A DNA stretch of 58,678 nt from Candidatus Ventrenecus avicola (GTDB taxonomy: Bacteria > Bacillota_I > Bacilli_A > RF39 > UBA660): positions 1-58,678 of the forward strand of contig DVHP01000086.1 of NCBI GenBank assembly GCA_018711945.1, written 5' to 3'. A model generated the notes under the pieces. That model made no database searches and had not been told where the DNA came from. It saw nothing but the letters and a program-made list of their open reading frames with translations. A program made the position numbers and the translations under genes. Shown piece by piece: positions 25,870-36,127 of this stretch (positions are counted from its first letter, which is position 1; each line of letters opens with the position of its first letter).

Positions 25870-25909
25870 CAAAATTGTAACATTTTTTGCTTTTTTTTCG
25901 TGCTATAAT
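25870..25909 (+). promoter_or_regulatory. promoter region of the module-1 regulator/kinase operon, homologous to 33310..33351
   Basis: CAAAATTGTAACATTT box, T-rich spacer, extended -10 TGCTATAAT (25901-25909). Confidence 0.5.
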
Positions 25910-25931
25910 AAAAGGAAAGGAGTGAACTCTA

Positions 25932-26594
25932 ATGAAAAAAATTATGATTGTAGAAGATGATAAAGTTATTTGTCAAGAACTAGAGGAAATGCTTAATCAT
26001 GCTGGATATGAAACGGTTGTTTTACAAGATTTTTCGAAAGCTACTGAAGAAATCTTGGCTTCTTCTGTTGATTTAGTGTTACTTGATATTAATATTCCTG
26101 TTATTAATGGAGAAGTTTTACTTAAAAGTATTCGAGAGAAGTCAGAGGTTCCTATTATTATGATAACAAGTCGTAATAATGAAACAGATGAAGTATTATC
26201 GATGAGTTTTGGAGCAGATGATTATATTACAAAGCCTTATAATCCAAATATTTTGCTTCTTCGGATTGGGGCTGTACTAAAAAGAGCCGGAAAGAATAAT
26301 GATGTTACAACTTATAGAAATTTAAATGTAAATGCGAAGAAAGGTGTTTTGAGTGATGGTGAAAGAGAACTTTGGTTAACGAAGAATGAAATGATAATTT
26401 TTCAATTTTTGCTTAATCATCAAGGAAGTATTGTTAGTCGTGATGATTTAATGACTGACTTGTGGAATAATGATGAATATATTAATGATAATGCTCTTAC
26501 AGTAAATATTAGTCGACTTAGAGCAAAGCTTACTGAGTTTGGAATAGAGAATGCAATTGAAACAAGAAAGGGACAAGGGTATATTTTATTATGA
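25932..26594 (+). CDS. OmpR/PhoB-family response regulator (BceR-like), module 1
   Basis: 220 aa. Receiver domain (DLVLLDINIP) plus a winged-helix output domain. Confidence 0.92.
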   Translation: MKKIMIVEDDKVICQELEEMLNHAGYETVVLQDFSKATEEILASSVDLVLLDINIPVINGEVLLKSIREKSEVPIIMITSRNNETDEVLSMSFGADDYITKPYNPNILLLRIGAVLKRAGKNNDVTTYRNLNVNAKKGVLSDGERELWLTKNEMIIFQFLLNHQGSIVSRDDLMTDLWNNDEYINDNALTVNISRLRAKLTEFGIENAIETRKGQGYILL

Positions 26595-27607
26595 AGTTTT
26601 CATTGTTTTTAAAAGATAAATTTGTTTTTATTCTGTTATTTTTTCTTTTTTTCTTTTTGTTAATTTTATTGTTTTTTGCATTTAAAGTTCCTGTAGTTCT
26701 TTCCAATGTTGTTCTTTTTTCGATGCTTATTTTTGGAGTATTGGCTCTTTTTCTTGATTATTTTCGTAAGAAGTCTTTTTATAATACTTTTCTTTTAAAT
26801 TTAGAACATTTGGACAAAAAGTATTTAGTATTAGAAACATTAGAAAGACCACGTTTTTATGAAGGACAACTTTTTTATGATGCTTTTTATGAAATTAATA
26901 AGGCTATGAATGAATATATTAAAAATTATGAATTTCAAATGAATGATTTTAAAGAATATATTGAAATGTGGATTCATGAAGTAAAAATTCCAATTGTTAG
27001 TTTGATTTTAATGCATCATAATCATGGAAATATGCCAAAAGAATATGTTGGTCAGGTAAAAAAGTTGGATAATTATATTGATCAAATTCTTTATTATGTA
27101 AGAAGTGAGAATTTTGAGCATGATTTTGTTATCAGTGAAGTACCTTTAGATAAAGTTCTTAAAAATGTGAATTTAAAAAATAAAGATGATTATTTAGAGA
27201 ATGATATTCATTTAAGTGTTTCTAATGTTCGATATTCTGTTTTTAGTGATGCGAAATGGTTAGAGTTTATTATCAATCAACTTATTAACAATAGTATTAA
27301 GTATCAAAGAAATCATGTGGAAAAAGAGATACGAATTACTGGGGAAGATTATCCGGATTTTTTTGTTCTTTCGATTTATGATAATGGTATTGGAATACCA
27401 CCTAGAGATATTGCAAGAGTTTTTGAGAAATCTTTTACTGGAGAAAATGGACGGACACATAGTAAGTCTACCGGTATGGGACTTTATATTGCTAAAAAGC
27501 TTTGTACTAAGTTAGGTCATAAAATAGAAATTTCTTCTGAAGTGAATGACCATACTATTGTAAAAATATCATTTGCTAAAAATCATTTCTATCAAATTGA
27601 CGATTAA
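26591..27607 (+). CDS. intramembrane-sensing histidine kinase (BceS-like), module 1
   Basis: 338 aa. Two N-terminal TM helices with a minimal loop. H-box IHEVKIP. ATPase N/G boxes (NNSIKY, DNGIGI, GMGLYI). ATGA overlap with the regulator gene. Confidence 0.9.
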   Translation: MKFSLFLKDKFVFILLFFLFFFLLILLFFAFKVPVVLSNVVLFSMLIFGVLALFLDYFRKKSFYNTFLLNLEHLDKKYLVLETLERPRFYEGQLFYDAFYEINKAMNEYIKNYEFQMNDFKEYIEMWIHEVKIPIVSLILMHHNHGNMPKEYVGQVKKLDNYIDQILYYVRSENFEHDFVISEVPLDKVLKNVNLKNKDDYLENDIHLSVSNVRYSVFSDAKWLEFIINQLINNSIKYQRNHVEKEIRITGEDYPDFFVLSIYDNGIGIPPRDIARVFEKSFTGENGRTHSKSTGMGLYIAKKLCTKLGHKIEISSEVNDHTIVKISFAKNHFYQIDD

Positions 27608-27618
27608 TATTAAGATTT

Positions 27619-27672
27619 TGTAATGTTTGGTAATATTAAAGTAGCGACAAAATTCTTTTTGTTTCGTAAAAT
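27619..27672 (+). promoter_or_regulatory. candidate response-regulator-dependent promoter of the module-1 ABC genes
   Basis: Direct repeats GTAAT (27620) and GTAAT (27630), 10 bp apart, upstream of a weak -35 GCGACA and a -10 TAAAAT (27667-27672). Confidence 0.4.
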
Positions 27673-27697
27673 GGGGTAGTAAACAAGGAGGAATAGT

Positions 27698-28465
27698 ATG
27701 GAAACAATTTTAAAAGTTGATAAAATTGAAAAGTATTATGGAAGTAGGTCTAGTCTTACAAAAGCTATTGATAATATTTCTTTTGAAGTAGAAAAGGGAG
27801 AATTTGTAGCTATTATGGGGGCAAGTGGCTCTGGTAAGACAACTTTACTAAATTGTATTTCAACCATTGATAAAGTGACTAGTGGTCATATTTTTGTAGG
27901 TGGTATGGATATTACGAAATTAAAAGGTAATTCCTTAAATAAATTTCGAAGAGAAGAATTAGGGTTTATTTTTCAAGATTTTAATTTGCTTGATACCTTA
28001 ACGGCTTATGAAAATATTGCACTTGCTTTATCTATTCAAAATACAAAAGTGAGTGAAATGGATACACGAATTAAGAAAGTGGCTCGAGAGTTAGATATTA
28101 CAGATGTTTTAAAAAAATATCCTTATCAAATGAGTGGTGGACAAAAACAAAGAGTAGCAAGTGCGAGAGCTATTATTACAAATCCGAAGTTAGTTTTGGC
28201 AGATGAGCCGACTGGAGCACTAGACTCAAAGTCTGCTAAGATGCTTTTGGAGAGATTTCAATATTTAAATCAAGAGCTTTTAGCAACAATTTTAATGGTT
28301 ACTCATGATGCATTTACAGCAAGTTATGCCACACGTGTTATCTTTATTAAAGATGGTAAGATTTTTTCAGAACTTCGTAGAGGAGAAGATACCCGTAAAG
28401 AATTTTTTGACCGTATCATAGATGTGGTTACTTTACTTGGGGGTGACTTAAATGATGCTTTGTAA
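27698..28465 (+). CDS. ABC transporter ATP-binding protein (BceA-like), module 1
   Basis: 255 aa. Walker A GASGSGKTT, signature SGGQKQR, Walker B LADEPTGALD. Confidence 0.93.
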   Translation: METILKVDKIEKYYGSRSSLTKAIDNISFEVEKGEFVAIMGASGSGKTTLLNCISTIDKVTSGHIFVGGMDITKLKGNSLNKFRREELGFIFQDFNLLDTLTAYENIALALSIQNTKVSEMDTRIKKVARELDITDVLKKYPYQMSGGQKQRVASARAIITNPKLVLADEPTGALDSKSAKMLLERFQYLNQELLATILMVTHDAFTASYATRVIFIKDGKIFSELRRGEDTRKEFFDRIIDVVTLLGGDLNDAL

Positions 28466-30503
28466 GTTATCTTTTAAAAATATCCGGAAAAGTTTTAAAG
28501 ATTATGCTATTTACTTTTTCACATTAATTTTGGGGGTAGCGATTTTCTATGTATTTAACGCGATAGATAGTCAAACGGTTATGATTAATGTTTCCTCTTC
28601 TACAAAAGAGATTATTCAACTGATGAACCAAATGTTATCTGGTGTTAGTGTCTTTGTTTCTTTTATTCTAGGATTTTTGATTATTTATGCAAGTCGTTTC
28701 TTGATTAGGAGAAGAAATCGAGAGTTTGGTATTTATCTAACACTTGGTATGAGTAAGCGTAAGATTTCAGCAATTTTGCTTATTGAAACATTGTTGATAG
28801 GTGTTTTATCATTAGTGGTTGGACTTGGATTAGGAGTCGTTTTATCGCAGTTTATGAGTTTGCTTGTTGCGAATATGTTTGAAGCAGACCTTACAAATTT
28901 TCAGTTTGTTTTCTCTAGTAGTGCTTGTATTAAAACTTTAGGCTATTTTAGTATTATGTATTTGGTTGTTATGATTTTTAATACGGTTAATATTAGTCGT
29001 TGTAAATTGATTGATTTAATTCAAGCTAATCGTAAAAGTGAAAAAGTAAAAATGAAAAATCCTTATGTTTGTATTGTTGTCTTTATTATTTCGGCAATTT
29101 TTCTTGGTTATGCGTATTGGCGGGTGACCGGAGATGTCGAGTCCATGGCTTATGCTGGTGAGATTTTAGTTATTATGGCTATTGGAGCGATTAGTACTTT
29201 TTTCATTTTTTGGTCTTTGTCTGGTCTTTTACTACGGATTGTTCAGTCTAATAAGAGGTTTTATTATAAGGGACTTAATAGTTTTATCTTAAGACAGATT
29301 AGTAGTAAGATAAATACAACTGTATTTTCTATGACAACGATTTGTTTGATGTTATTTATTACGATTTGTGTGTTATCGTCTGCTTTGTCTATTAAGAATT
29401 CTATGACAGCAAATTTGACGACACTTGCTCCTGCTGATATTGAGATTGATAAGAATTTGGACTTGGTACCTAACAATCGTGTAACAGAGGCACAGGCAGA
29501 GGATTCGCATCTTAGTGTTCGAGAGACTTTAGAACGGATGGATTTTGATGTTGATGCATATTTTAAAGACATTGTAGATTTTAATGTTTATGCGACCAAT
29601 GATCTTACTATTCGTGATACGTTGGGAAGTTCTTTTGAGAAAATAAGAAATCAATTTCCTAATTTGATGTATGACTCTGCAGAAGCTATCGTTCGGGAAA
29701 GTGATTATAATCAGGTTGCTTCATTATTTCATTTAGAACCTGTTCATTTAGAGGATGATGAGTATGTTGTTATAGCTGATTTTGATTCGTGGGTTATGAT
29801 TCGTGATGAGGCTTTAAAAATGGGTGAATCTATCACTTTAAATGGCAATGTTTATTATCCAAAATACGAGGAATGTATCGATGGATTTTTAGAAATGAGT
29901 AGTAATCATATTAATACAGGGTTCTTTGTAGTTCCTGATGATGCGGTTGATGAAAGTATTCGGGCTCAAAATATTTTGATTGCAAATTATAAAGCGGAGA
30001 CTGATGAGGAGAAACAAGAAATTGAAGATAAAATTGTTCAATTGGATAATCATCCTTATGCATCTTCTACGACTATTTCAGCGTCTTCTAAGATTGCAAT
30101 TTATGAAGGTAGTGTTGGACTTGGTGCTTGTGTGACCTTTATTGGACTTTATTTAGGTATTATTTTCTTGATTTCTTGTGCTGCTATTTTGGCTTTGAAA
30201 GAACTTAGTGAAAGTAGTGATAACCGTGAACGTTATACTATGCTTAGAAAAATAGGAACAGATGAAAAGATGATTAAACGTGCTTTGTTTAGACAGATTG
30301 CAATTTTCTTCTTATTTCCTCTTGTTCTAGCAATTATTCATTCTATTTTTGGAATTATGTTCTGTAATTTTATTTTAGAAACATTTGGAAATGAACAATT
30401 ACTTTATTCTATTATTATGACTGCTATTTTTATTATTGTTATTTATGGTGGATATTTCTTAGTGACATATTTCTGTAGTAAAAATATTATTCGAGCACAT
30501 TAA
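28452..30503 (+). CDS. FtsX-family ABC permease (BceB-like), module 1
   Basis: 683 aa. Multiple TM helices with a large extracytoplasmic domain in the middle. Overlaps the ATPase gene. Confidence 0.9.
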   Translation: MMLCKLSFKNIRKSFKDYAIYFFTLILGVAIFYVFNAIDSQTVMINVSSSTKEIIQLMNQMLSGVSVFVSFILGFLIIYASRFLIRRRNREFGIYLTLGMSKRKISAILLIETLLIGVLSLVVGLGLGVVLSQFMSLLVANMFEADLTNFQFVFSSSACIKTLGYFSIMYLVVMIFNTVNISRCKLIDLIQANRKSEKVKMKNPYVCIVVFIISAIFLGYAYWRVTGDVESMAYAGEILVIMAIGAISTFFIFWSLSGLLLRIVQSNKRFYYKGLNSFILRQISSKINTTVFSMTTICLMLFITICVLSSALSIKNSMTANLTTLAPADIEIDKNLDLVPNNRVTEAQAEDSHLSVRETLERMDFDVDAYFKDIVDFNVYATNDLTIRDTLGSSFEKIRNQFPNLMYDSAEAIVRESDYNQVASLFHLEPVHLEDDEYVVIADFDSWVMIRDEALKMGESITLNGNVYYPKYEECIDGFLEMSSNHINTGFFVVPDDAVDESIRAQNILIANYKAETDEEKQEIEDKIVQLDNHPYASSTTISASSKIAIYEGSVGLGACVTFIGLYLGIIFLISCAAILALKELSESSDNRERYTMLRKIGTDEKMIKRALFRQIAIFFLFPLVLAIIHSIFGIMFCNFILETFGNEQLLYSIIMTAIFIIVIYGGYFLVTYFCSKNIIRAH

Positions 30504-30529
30504 AAAGCAAAAAGAAGGGAAGGGATATT

Positions 30530-31612
30530 ATGGGTTATGGTGAAGCGATTAAAACTGCAATCTTTCTTTTCCCTTTTATTGCTCTTTTTTTTACTGTTCC
30601 GTTTATGTTACATCAGTATCATAAATATGGGTCAATCGATAAATGGCGCGTTGTGATTATTTATTCTTTTATTTTGTATTTGTTAGTGATTTATTTTTTA
30701 GTTATTTTACCTTTACCTAAAAGGGAAGATGTTTTAAATAATACGAATATGATACGATTGCAACCGTTTGCGTTTGTAGTTGATTTTATGAAGGAAAGTT
30801 CTTTTGTTTGGAATGATGCTAGCACATATTTAAAAGCAATGACTGAGTCGTGCTTTTATGTGCCGGCGTTTAATATTTTGATGACTATTCCTTTTGGTAT
30901 TTATTTACGTTATTATTTTCAGTGTAGTTTTAAGAAAACACTTCTTTATAGTTTTTGTTTATCTTTGTTTTTTGAGATTACACAAGTTACGGGACTTTAT
31001 TTTATTTATCCAAAACCTTATCGGTTGTTTGATTTAGATGATTTGTTTTTAAATACTTTAGGAGGAGTTCTTGGATATTTTATCGCTGCCTTTTTTCTTA
31101 AGGTATTACCAAGTCGTGAGGAAATTGATGAGCGGTCACTTAAGGAAGGAAAAACTGTTTCTGGACTTAGAAGAATTACTTTATTTTTCTTAGATTTGTT
31201 TTTATACACTTTTTTAGGAGGACTAACGAAACCTTTTATACCTATTCCATTTTATCTTCTTATCTTTTTTATTCTTTATTATGTAGTCTATCCAACACTC
31301 ACTAGGGGATATACGTTGGGAGGAAAATTTCTTCATGTACGGGTGCAGTTTCCTAAGTATACATTTTTAAGACAGGCAGTGCGAATTGTGTTTTTATTCT
31401 TTTATTATTTTGGATTGCCAATTTTATTCTTGTATGGAGCTGGTATTCTTTATTATTTTCTATCCTTTTCTGTTGTCGAGGCCCTTTGGTATTGGCTTAT
31501 TGTGGGAAGTTTCTTCTTAGGGTTTTATTTTATTCATTTTGTAAAGTTATTAAAGAAGAAGACTTTGTTTTATGATAGATGGTTTCATGTTTTGTATGAG
31601 AGTACGATTTGA
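30530..31612 (+). CDS. VanZ-like membrane protein fused to an RDD-like C-terminal membrane domain
   Basis: 360 aa. VanZ-like N-terminal half (LPLPKRED...RLQPFAF). C-terminal half with RRITLFFLDLFLY...LTRGYTLGGKFLHVRV. Confidence 0.7.
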   Translation: MGYGEAIKTAIFLFPFIALFFTVPFMLHQYHKYGSIDKWRVVIIYSFILYLLVIYFLVILPLPKREDVLNNTNMIRLQPFAFVVDFMKESSFVWNDASTYLKAMTESCFYVPAFNILMTIPFGIYLRYYFQCSFKKTLLYSFCLSLFFEITQVTGLYFIYPKPYRLFDLDDLFLNTLGGVLGYFIAAFFLKVLPSREEIDERSLKEGKTVSGLRRITLFFLDLFLYTFLGGLTKPFIPIPFYLLIFFILYYVVYPTLTRGYTLGGKFLHVRVQFPKYTFLRQAVRIVFLFFYYFGLPILFLYGAGILYYFLSFSVVEALWYWLIVGSFFLGFYFIHFVKLLKKKTLFYDRWFHVLYESTI

Positions 31613-31706
31613 TTTCTGCAGTTCTATTTATTTTAATATGTAGAATTTTGTTAAAAATGTGGTATGCTTTTATTAGATTTTTTATCTGTAGTTTGTGAGG
31701 TGTGAC

Positions 31707-33248
31707 ATGAACTTGATTTTTATGAGACATGGGGAAGCTACTGACAATGTGCGAGAAGTCATTTCTGATAAAGAAATTTATTGGTCTGTTTTAACTGAAC
31801 AAGGGAAGGCATCTGTTTTAGAGTCTTTGGAAGGGTTACCAGCGGTTATTGATAAGATTTATGTTTCTCCTTTTCCTAGAACTATTCAAACAGCTCATTA
31901 TGTGTTTCTGAAGTATCCAAAGACAGAAGTAGTGATTGAAAATAGATTGCATGAAATAAATAATGGAAAATATTCTGGTAAGAAAAACAATGATGATTTG
32001 GATCAAACGCGAATAAAGCAAATTCAAGGCGATTACTTTGTTCGATTTGGCGAGTATGGTGAAAATAAATTTGATATAGAAACAAGATTATGTGAATTTT
32101 TATATGATGTTTATACAAATAATTTTTGTGACAATACCATCTTAATTGTTTCTCATGGGTCTATTACTTCTTATATGAAGAGAATATTAAATATAAAAAC
32201 GCCGCATATTAAAACAGGAAAGATTGAAGAATTTGTCCACGTTGATTTTCAGCCTCTTTTTGAATACATGGAAGTGTTAGAAAAAGTTAAAGATACTAAA
32301 ATAAAAGAGAGAGTTCAGCTTGTTCGTTCTTTGAATATTCGAGAGTCTTTCAAAAATACCTTAATTAAAATGGTAAAAAAAGAATTTAATAATATTGAAT
32401 TATCAGATTATGTTTTTTTAAATTTTATAAATGGTCTTCAATCTACAAACCTTAAATTAATAGAACCTTCTCATTTTGAAAAGGGGGTTATTTTAGTTTG
32501 TTTTTATCATAATTTTGAATGTTTTGCGGAAAAATGGATTAATCATTATATTGATATTGGTATAAGAAATTTTGTGTTAGTTGATAATCATTCTACTGAC
32601 TGTTCTACAGAAATTTTAAAAAAATATTCTGAAACTGTTCATATTTCTTTTTGGAGTATACATGAGAATTTTGATTGTTATAAAATGTGTGGTTGGAAAC
32701 AACAGATTTTAGAATATTATGGGGTAGGCCAACAATATTTAATGGTTGACTCAGATGAACTGTTTATATATGAGAACTATCAGAATATTTCCTTTGAAGA
32801 TTATTTAAAGAAAAATTCTATTCCTTTTATTAAAAGTTTAATGCTTGATGTTTATACTAATAAAAAGTTGTTTGATGGTACTCTTGAAGATTTTAAATAC
32901 GTTGATAGGGGAACCTATAAAATAAGTACTAACGTTTCTTATTATGAAAAGCTTTATGGTGGACCGAGATACCGAGTTTTTGGTATGTGTTCTAGTTTGC
33001 AAAAAATACCTTTTGTTTCCTATACAGGAAATGAGATTTTTATTGATCAACATTATTGTTATCCTTGGAATTTGAATAAAGAAGCTAGGCTTTGTTCTTA
33101 TCTTTTGCATTATGAATTTTTGTTTGAAAACAGGAAGAATTATTGTTTATGTACAGAAGAAAAACAGCATATATCTCAGAGTGATCCTATTTCTTTTTTT
33201 GATAAGGATATTTCTATACCAATTGATAAAATAGATTTTAAATTTTAA
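31707..33248 (+). CDS. fusion protein: histidine phosphatase (phosphoglycerate-mutase-like) domain plus family-2-like glycosyltransferase domain
   Basis: N-terminus LIFMRHGEATDN (RHG motif) ... VSHGS. C-terminus FVLVDNHSTDCSTEIL and DxD-like VDSDELF. GAGG RBS 6 nt before ATG 31707. Confidence 0.75.
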   Translation: MNLIFMRHGEATDNVREVISDKEIYWSVLTEQGKASVLESLEGLPAVIDKIYVSPFPRTIQTAHYVFLKYPKTEVVIENRLHEINNGKYSGKKNNDDLDQTRIKQIQGDYFVRFGEYGENKFDIETRLCEFLYDVYTNNFCDNTILIVSHGSITSYMKRILNIKTPHIKTGKIEEFVHVDFQPLFEYMEVLEKVKDTKIKERVQLVRSLNIRESFKNTLIKMVKKEFNNIELSDYVFLNFINGLQSTNLKLIEPSHFEKGVILVCFYHNFECFAEKWINHYIDIGIRNFVLVDNHSTDCSTEILKKYSETVHISFWSIHENFDCYKMCGWKQQILEYYGVGQQYLMVDSDELFIYENYQNISFEDYLKKNSIPFIKSLMLDVYTNKKLFDGTLEDFKYVDRGTYKISTNVSYYEKLYGGPRYRVFGMCSSLQKIPFVSYTGNEIFIDQHYCYPWNLNKEARLCSYLLHYEFLFENRKNYCLCTEEKQHISQSDPISFFDKDISIPIDKIDFKF

Positions 33249-33305
33249 AAAGTTTAACAATATTTTTATGGAAAGGCTAGTTTATAGTCTTTTTTTGTTG
33301 TATTT

Positions 33306-33351
33306 TGTTAACAAAATTGTAATATTTCTTTTGCTCTTTCGTTGGTATAAT
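33306..33351 (+). promoter_or_regulatory. promoter region of the module-2 ABC operon
   Basis: TTGTTAACAAAATTGTAATATTT box, poor -35, extended -10 TGGTATAAT (33343-33351). Homologous to 25870..25909. Confidence 0.5.
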
Positions 33352-33375
33352 GTAGTAGAAAGAGAGGGAATTATC

Positions 33376-34140
33376 ATGAGTGTATTAAAATTAGAAAATG
33401 TTAAAAAGTATTATGGAGTTAAAAATAATATTACTAAAGCCGTTGATGGGATATCTTTTCAAGTAGATGAAGGAGAGTTTGTGGCAATTATGGGAGCGAG
33501 TGGTTCAGGGAAAACTACTTTATTAAATTGCATATCGACAATTGATAATGTTACTTCAGGACATATCTATGTTGGTAGAGAGGATATTACAGAAATTAAA
33601 GAAGATGATATGGCGGATTTTAGAAGAGAGAATTTAGGGTTTATTTTTCAAGACTTTAATTTGTTAGATACTTTAAGTATTGAAGAGAATATTTCTTTGT
33701 CTTTAATTATTAATCATACTGATGTGAATGAAGTGGATAAAAGAGTTTTAGATATTGCTTCTAAATTAGGAATTTCTGATGTTTTGAAAAAGTTTCCTTA
33801 TGAAGTAAGTGGTGGTCAAAAACAAAGATGTGCTTGTGCAAGAGCTTTAATAACGCATCCTAAATTAATTTTGGCAGATGAACCGACCGGGGCATTGGAT
33901 TCGAAATCTTCTAGAATGTTATTAGAGACTATGAGGGATATGAATGAACATTTAGGAGCGACTATTTTAATGGTAACGCATGATACTTTTAGTGCTAGTT
34001 TTTGTAAGAGGGTGTTGTTTTTAAAAGATGGTAAAATCTTTAATGAGATTTTACGAGGAGATAAATCACGGAAGGAGTTCTTTGATGAGATTATTGATGT
34101 TTTAACACTTCTTGGAGGAGATACAGAAAATGTTAGGTAA
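33376..34140 (+). CDS. ABC transporter ATP-binding protein (BceA-like), module 2
   Basis: 254 aa from ATG 33376. The longer ORF-track start lies over the promoter. GASGSGKTT, SGGQKQR, LADEPTGALD. Close paralogue of 27698..28465. Confidence 0.92.
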   Translation: MSVLKLENVKKYYGVKNNITKAVDGISFQVDEGEFVAIMGASGSGKTTLLNCISTIDNVTSGHIYVGREDITEIKEDDMADFRRENLGFIFQDFNLLDTLSIEENISLSLIINHTDVNEVDKRVLDIASKLGISDVLKKFPYEVSGGQKQRCACARALITHPKLILADEPTGALDSKSSRMLLETMRDMNEHLGATILMVTHDTFSASFCKRVLFLKDGKIFNEILRGDKSRKEFFDEIIDVLTLLGGDTENVR

Positions 34141-36127
34141 GTTGGCTGTCAGGAATGTAAAAAGAAGTGCTAAAGATTATGTCATTTATTTTATTACGGT
34201 TGTTCTAGCTTTTTCTTTTCTGTTTGCCTTTAATTTGCTTGGTAGTTCTTCTGAGATTCTAGAACTAAGCGATGTAATGAATAACTTTGCTATTGTTATG
34301 CATGTTGTAAATATTTTTATTTTATTTGTTGTTTGTTTTTTGATTAATTATACGATTAAATTTATGTTTAGTAAAAGGAGTCTAGAGTTTGGTACCTATC
34401 TTCTTTTAGGAATTAAGAAAAAACAAATTTCTAATTTGTTTACTTTAGAAAATGTTTTTTTAGGACTTCTGACTATTCCTTTGGCTATTTTTGTTGGTTA
34501 TATTCTTAGTTTATTAATGTCTTTTATTATAACAGGGTTATTTGAATTAGAGTCTATTGTTCATATTACGTTTTCTATAGAAGCTGTTTTGTTGTTATTC
34601 GCTTATTTTGCTTTTATTTATGTGTTTGTACTATTTTTGGCAAGAAGAAGAATTCGAAAAGTGAAAATATATGATTTGCTTTATTTAGAAAAGAAGAATG
34701 AGGAAAAACAATTTCGGAAAAATAAAGTGCGTAATGTATCGTTTTTTGTTTCTCTTGGTTTAGGAATTCTTGCGATGGCTTTGTTTTTTCAAGAGTTTCA
34801 TCGACCTGGTGTTGATCCTTCGATGGCAACAGTTTTACTTTGTATTGTTCTTATTATTTTTAGTATCTATGGTGTCGTTATTACGTTAGCAGATTTTCTA
34901 TTGAAGGTAGTTTTAAAAAGTAAAAAGTTAAAGTATCAGAAAGATTATTTGTTTTTGGTGAGAACTTTTTCTTCTAAAGTGAAGACAATGAGTTTTACTT
35001 TAGGAACGATTTCTGTACTTATTACTTTTACTTTAATAGCATTAAACTTGTCTAGTTTGTTTAAAGCTATGTTTGATTATCAGTTAGAGCTATCGGCTCC
35101 TTATGATATTAGTGTTACGGAGATAGATGAAAATGAAATTCCTTTGTACTTTGATTTTATCAAGGAGCATTATACGATAGAGGAGGAGTTTGTTTATCAT
35201 GGATATACGGAGTCTAATCGTAATGTTAGTAAGGTATTAGGAGAGCTTGGTGGATGGAGAGAGTATGATCAGGTTGTAAAGTTAAGTGATTATAATAAGT
35301 TGTTAGAGTTAAAAGGGGATAAGCCTTTACAGTTGGAGCAAGATGAATATCTTATTCATGCGACACGGGAGTTTGAAGATATTTTGACGAATACTTCTTC
35401 TATTCAGGAAATTATTTTGCCTAATGATGAGGTGTTAAAGTTAAAAGATGTTGTTACAGATGGCTATACTTATGCTTGGGGAACAGGTTATGGTTTTCTT
35501 TTAGTTGTGCCAGATGATGCCGTAGAAGGACTAGCGGTAGAGTCTACCAATCTTATCGTGGATACGAAAGAGGAAACAACGGAGGAGTTTGCTAAAGTGT
35601 TTGAAAGACTTCTTGTCCCAGATATTTGTGAAGAAGAGGATGATGGATATACAGTTTGTTATTCCCTTGCTAATGTTACGGTTCGGGGAAGTGTCGAGGC
35701 TACTAATAATGGATTTATTACTATTGTTTCCTTTGTTTGTTTCTATATTGCATTTATTTTTATTTCTGTTGTTGGAACAATTTTAGCTATTCAAGGGTTA
35801 AGTGACTCTTCAAAATATAAATATCGTTATCAAGTTTTAAGTAAACTTGGAGTAAAAGAGAGTGAACTTGATAAAACTATTTTTAGGCAATTGTTTGTGT
35901 TCTTTTTGTTCCCGGTTATCTATCCAATCATTATTAGCTTTTTTACAGTCTTTTCGTTAAATCATCTTTTCCAGTTCGTTTTAACTACGGATACTGTGTA
36001 TATTTTATATTATTTTATTAATCTGCTTGTCTTTTTACTAATTTATATTATTTATTTTTTGACTACTTATTTTGGGTTTAAAAGAAATATAGGGGATAGT
36101 CAAGGAGGTGGTTTCTTTGCTCGGTAA
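34130..36127 (+). CDS. FtsX-family ABC permease (BceB-like), module 2, copy 1
   Basis: About 665 aa. GGAGGAG RBS 9 nt before ATG 34130. N-terminus MLGKLAVRNVKRS. Confidence 0.9.
   Translation: MLGKLAVRNVKRSAKDYVIYFITVVLAFSFLFAFNLLGSSSEILELSDVMNNFAIVMHVVNIFILFVVCFLINYTIKFMFSKRSLEFGTYLLLGIKKKQISNLFTLENVFLGLLTIPLAIFVGYILSLLMSFIITGLFELESIVHITFSIEAVLLLFAYFAFIYVFVLFLARRRIRKVKIYDLLYLEKKNEEKQFRKNKVRNVSFFVSLGLGILAMALFFQEFHRPGVDPSMATVLLCIVLIIFSIYGVVITLADFLLKVVLKSKKLKYQKDYLFLVRTFSSKVKTMSFTLGTISVLITFTLIALNLSSLFKAMFDYQLELSAPYDISVTEIDENEIPLYFDFIKEHYTIEEEFVYHGYTESNRNVSKVLGELGGWREYDQVVKLSDYNKLLELKGDKPLQLEQDEYLIHATREFEDILTNTSSIQEIILPNDEVLKLKDVVTDGYTYAWGTGYGFLLVVPDDAVEGLAVESTNLIVDTKEETTEEFAKVFERLLVPDICEEEDDGYTVCYSLANVTVRGSVEATNNGFITIVSFVCFYIAFIFISVVGTILAIQGLSDSSKYKYRYQVLSKLGVKESELDKTIFRQLFVFFLFPVIYPIIISFFTVFSLNHLFQFVLTTDTVYILYYFINLLVFLLIYIIYFLTTYFGFKRNIGDSQGGGFFAR

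Noticed and set aside
33268-33375. N-terminal extension of the module-2 ABC ATPase (MERLVYSLFLLYF...)
   Set aside because: The extension covers the promoter (extended -10 at 33343-33351). The homologous ATPase at 27698 starts at the position equivalent to ATG 33376, which has its own RBS.
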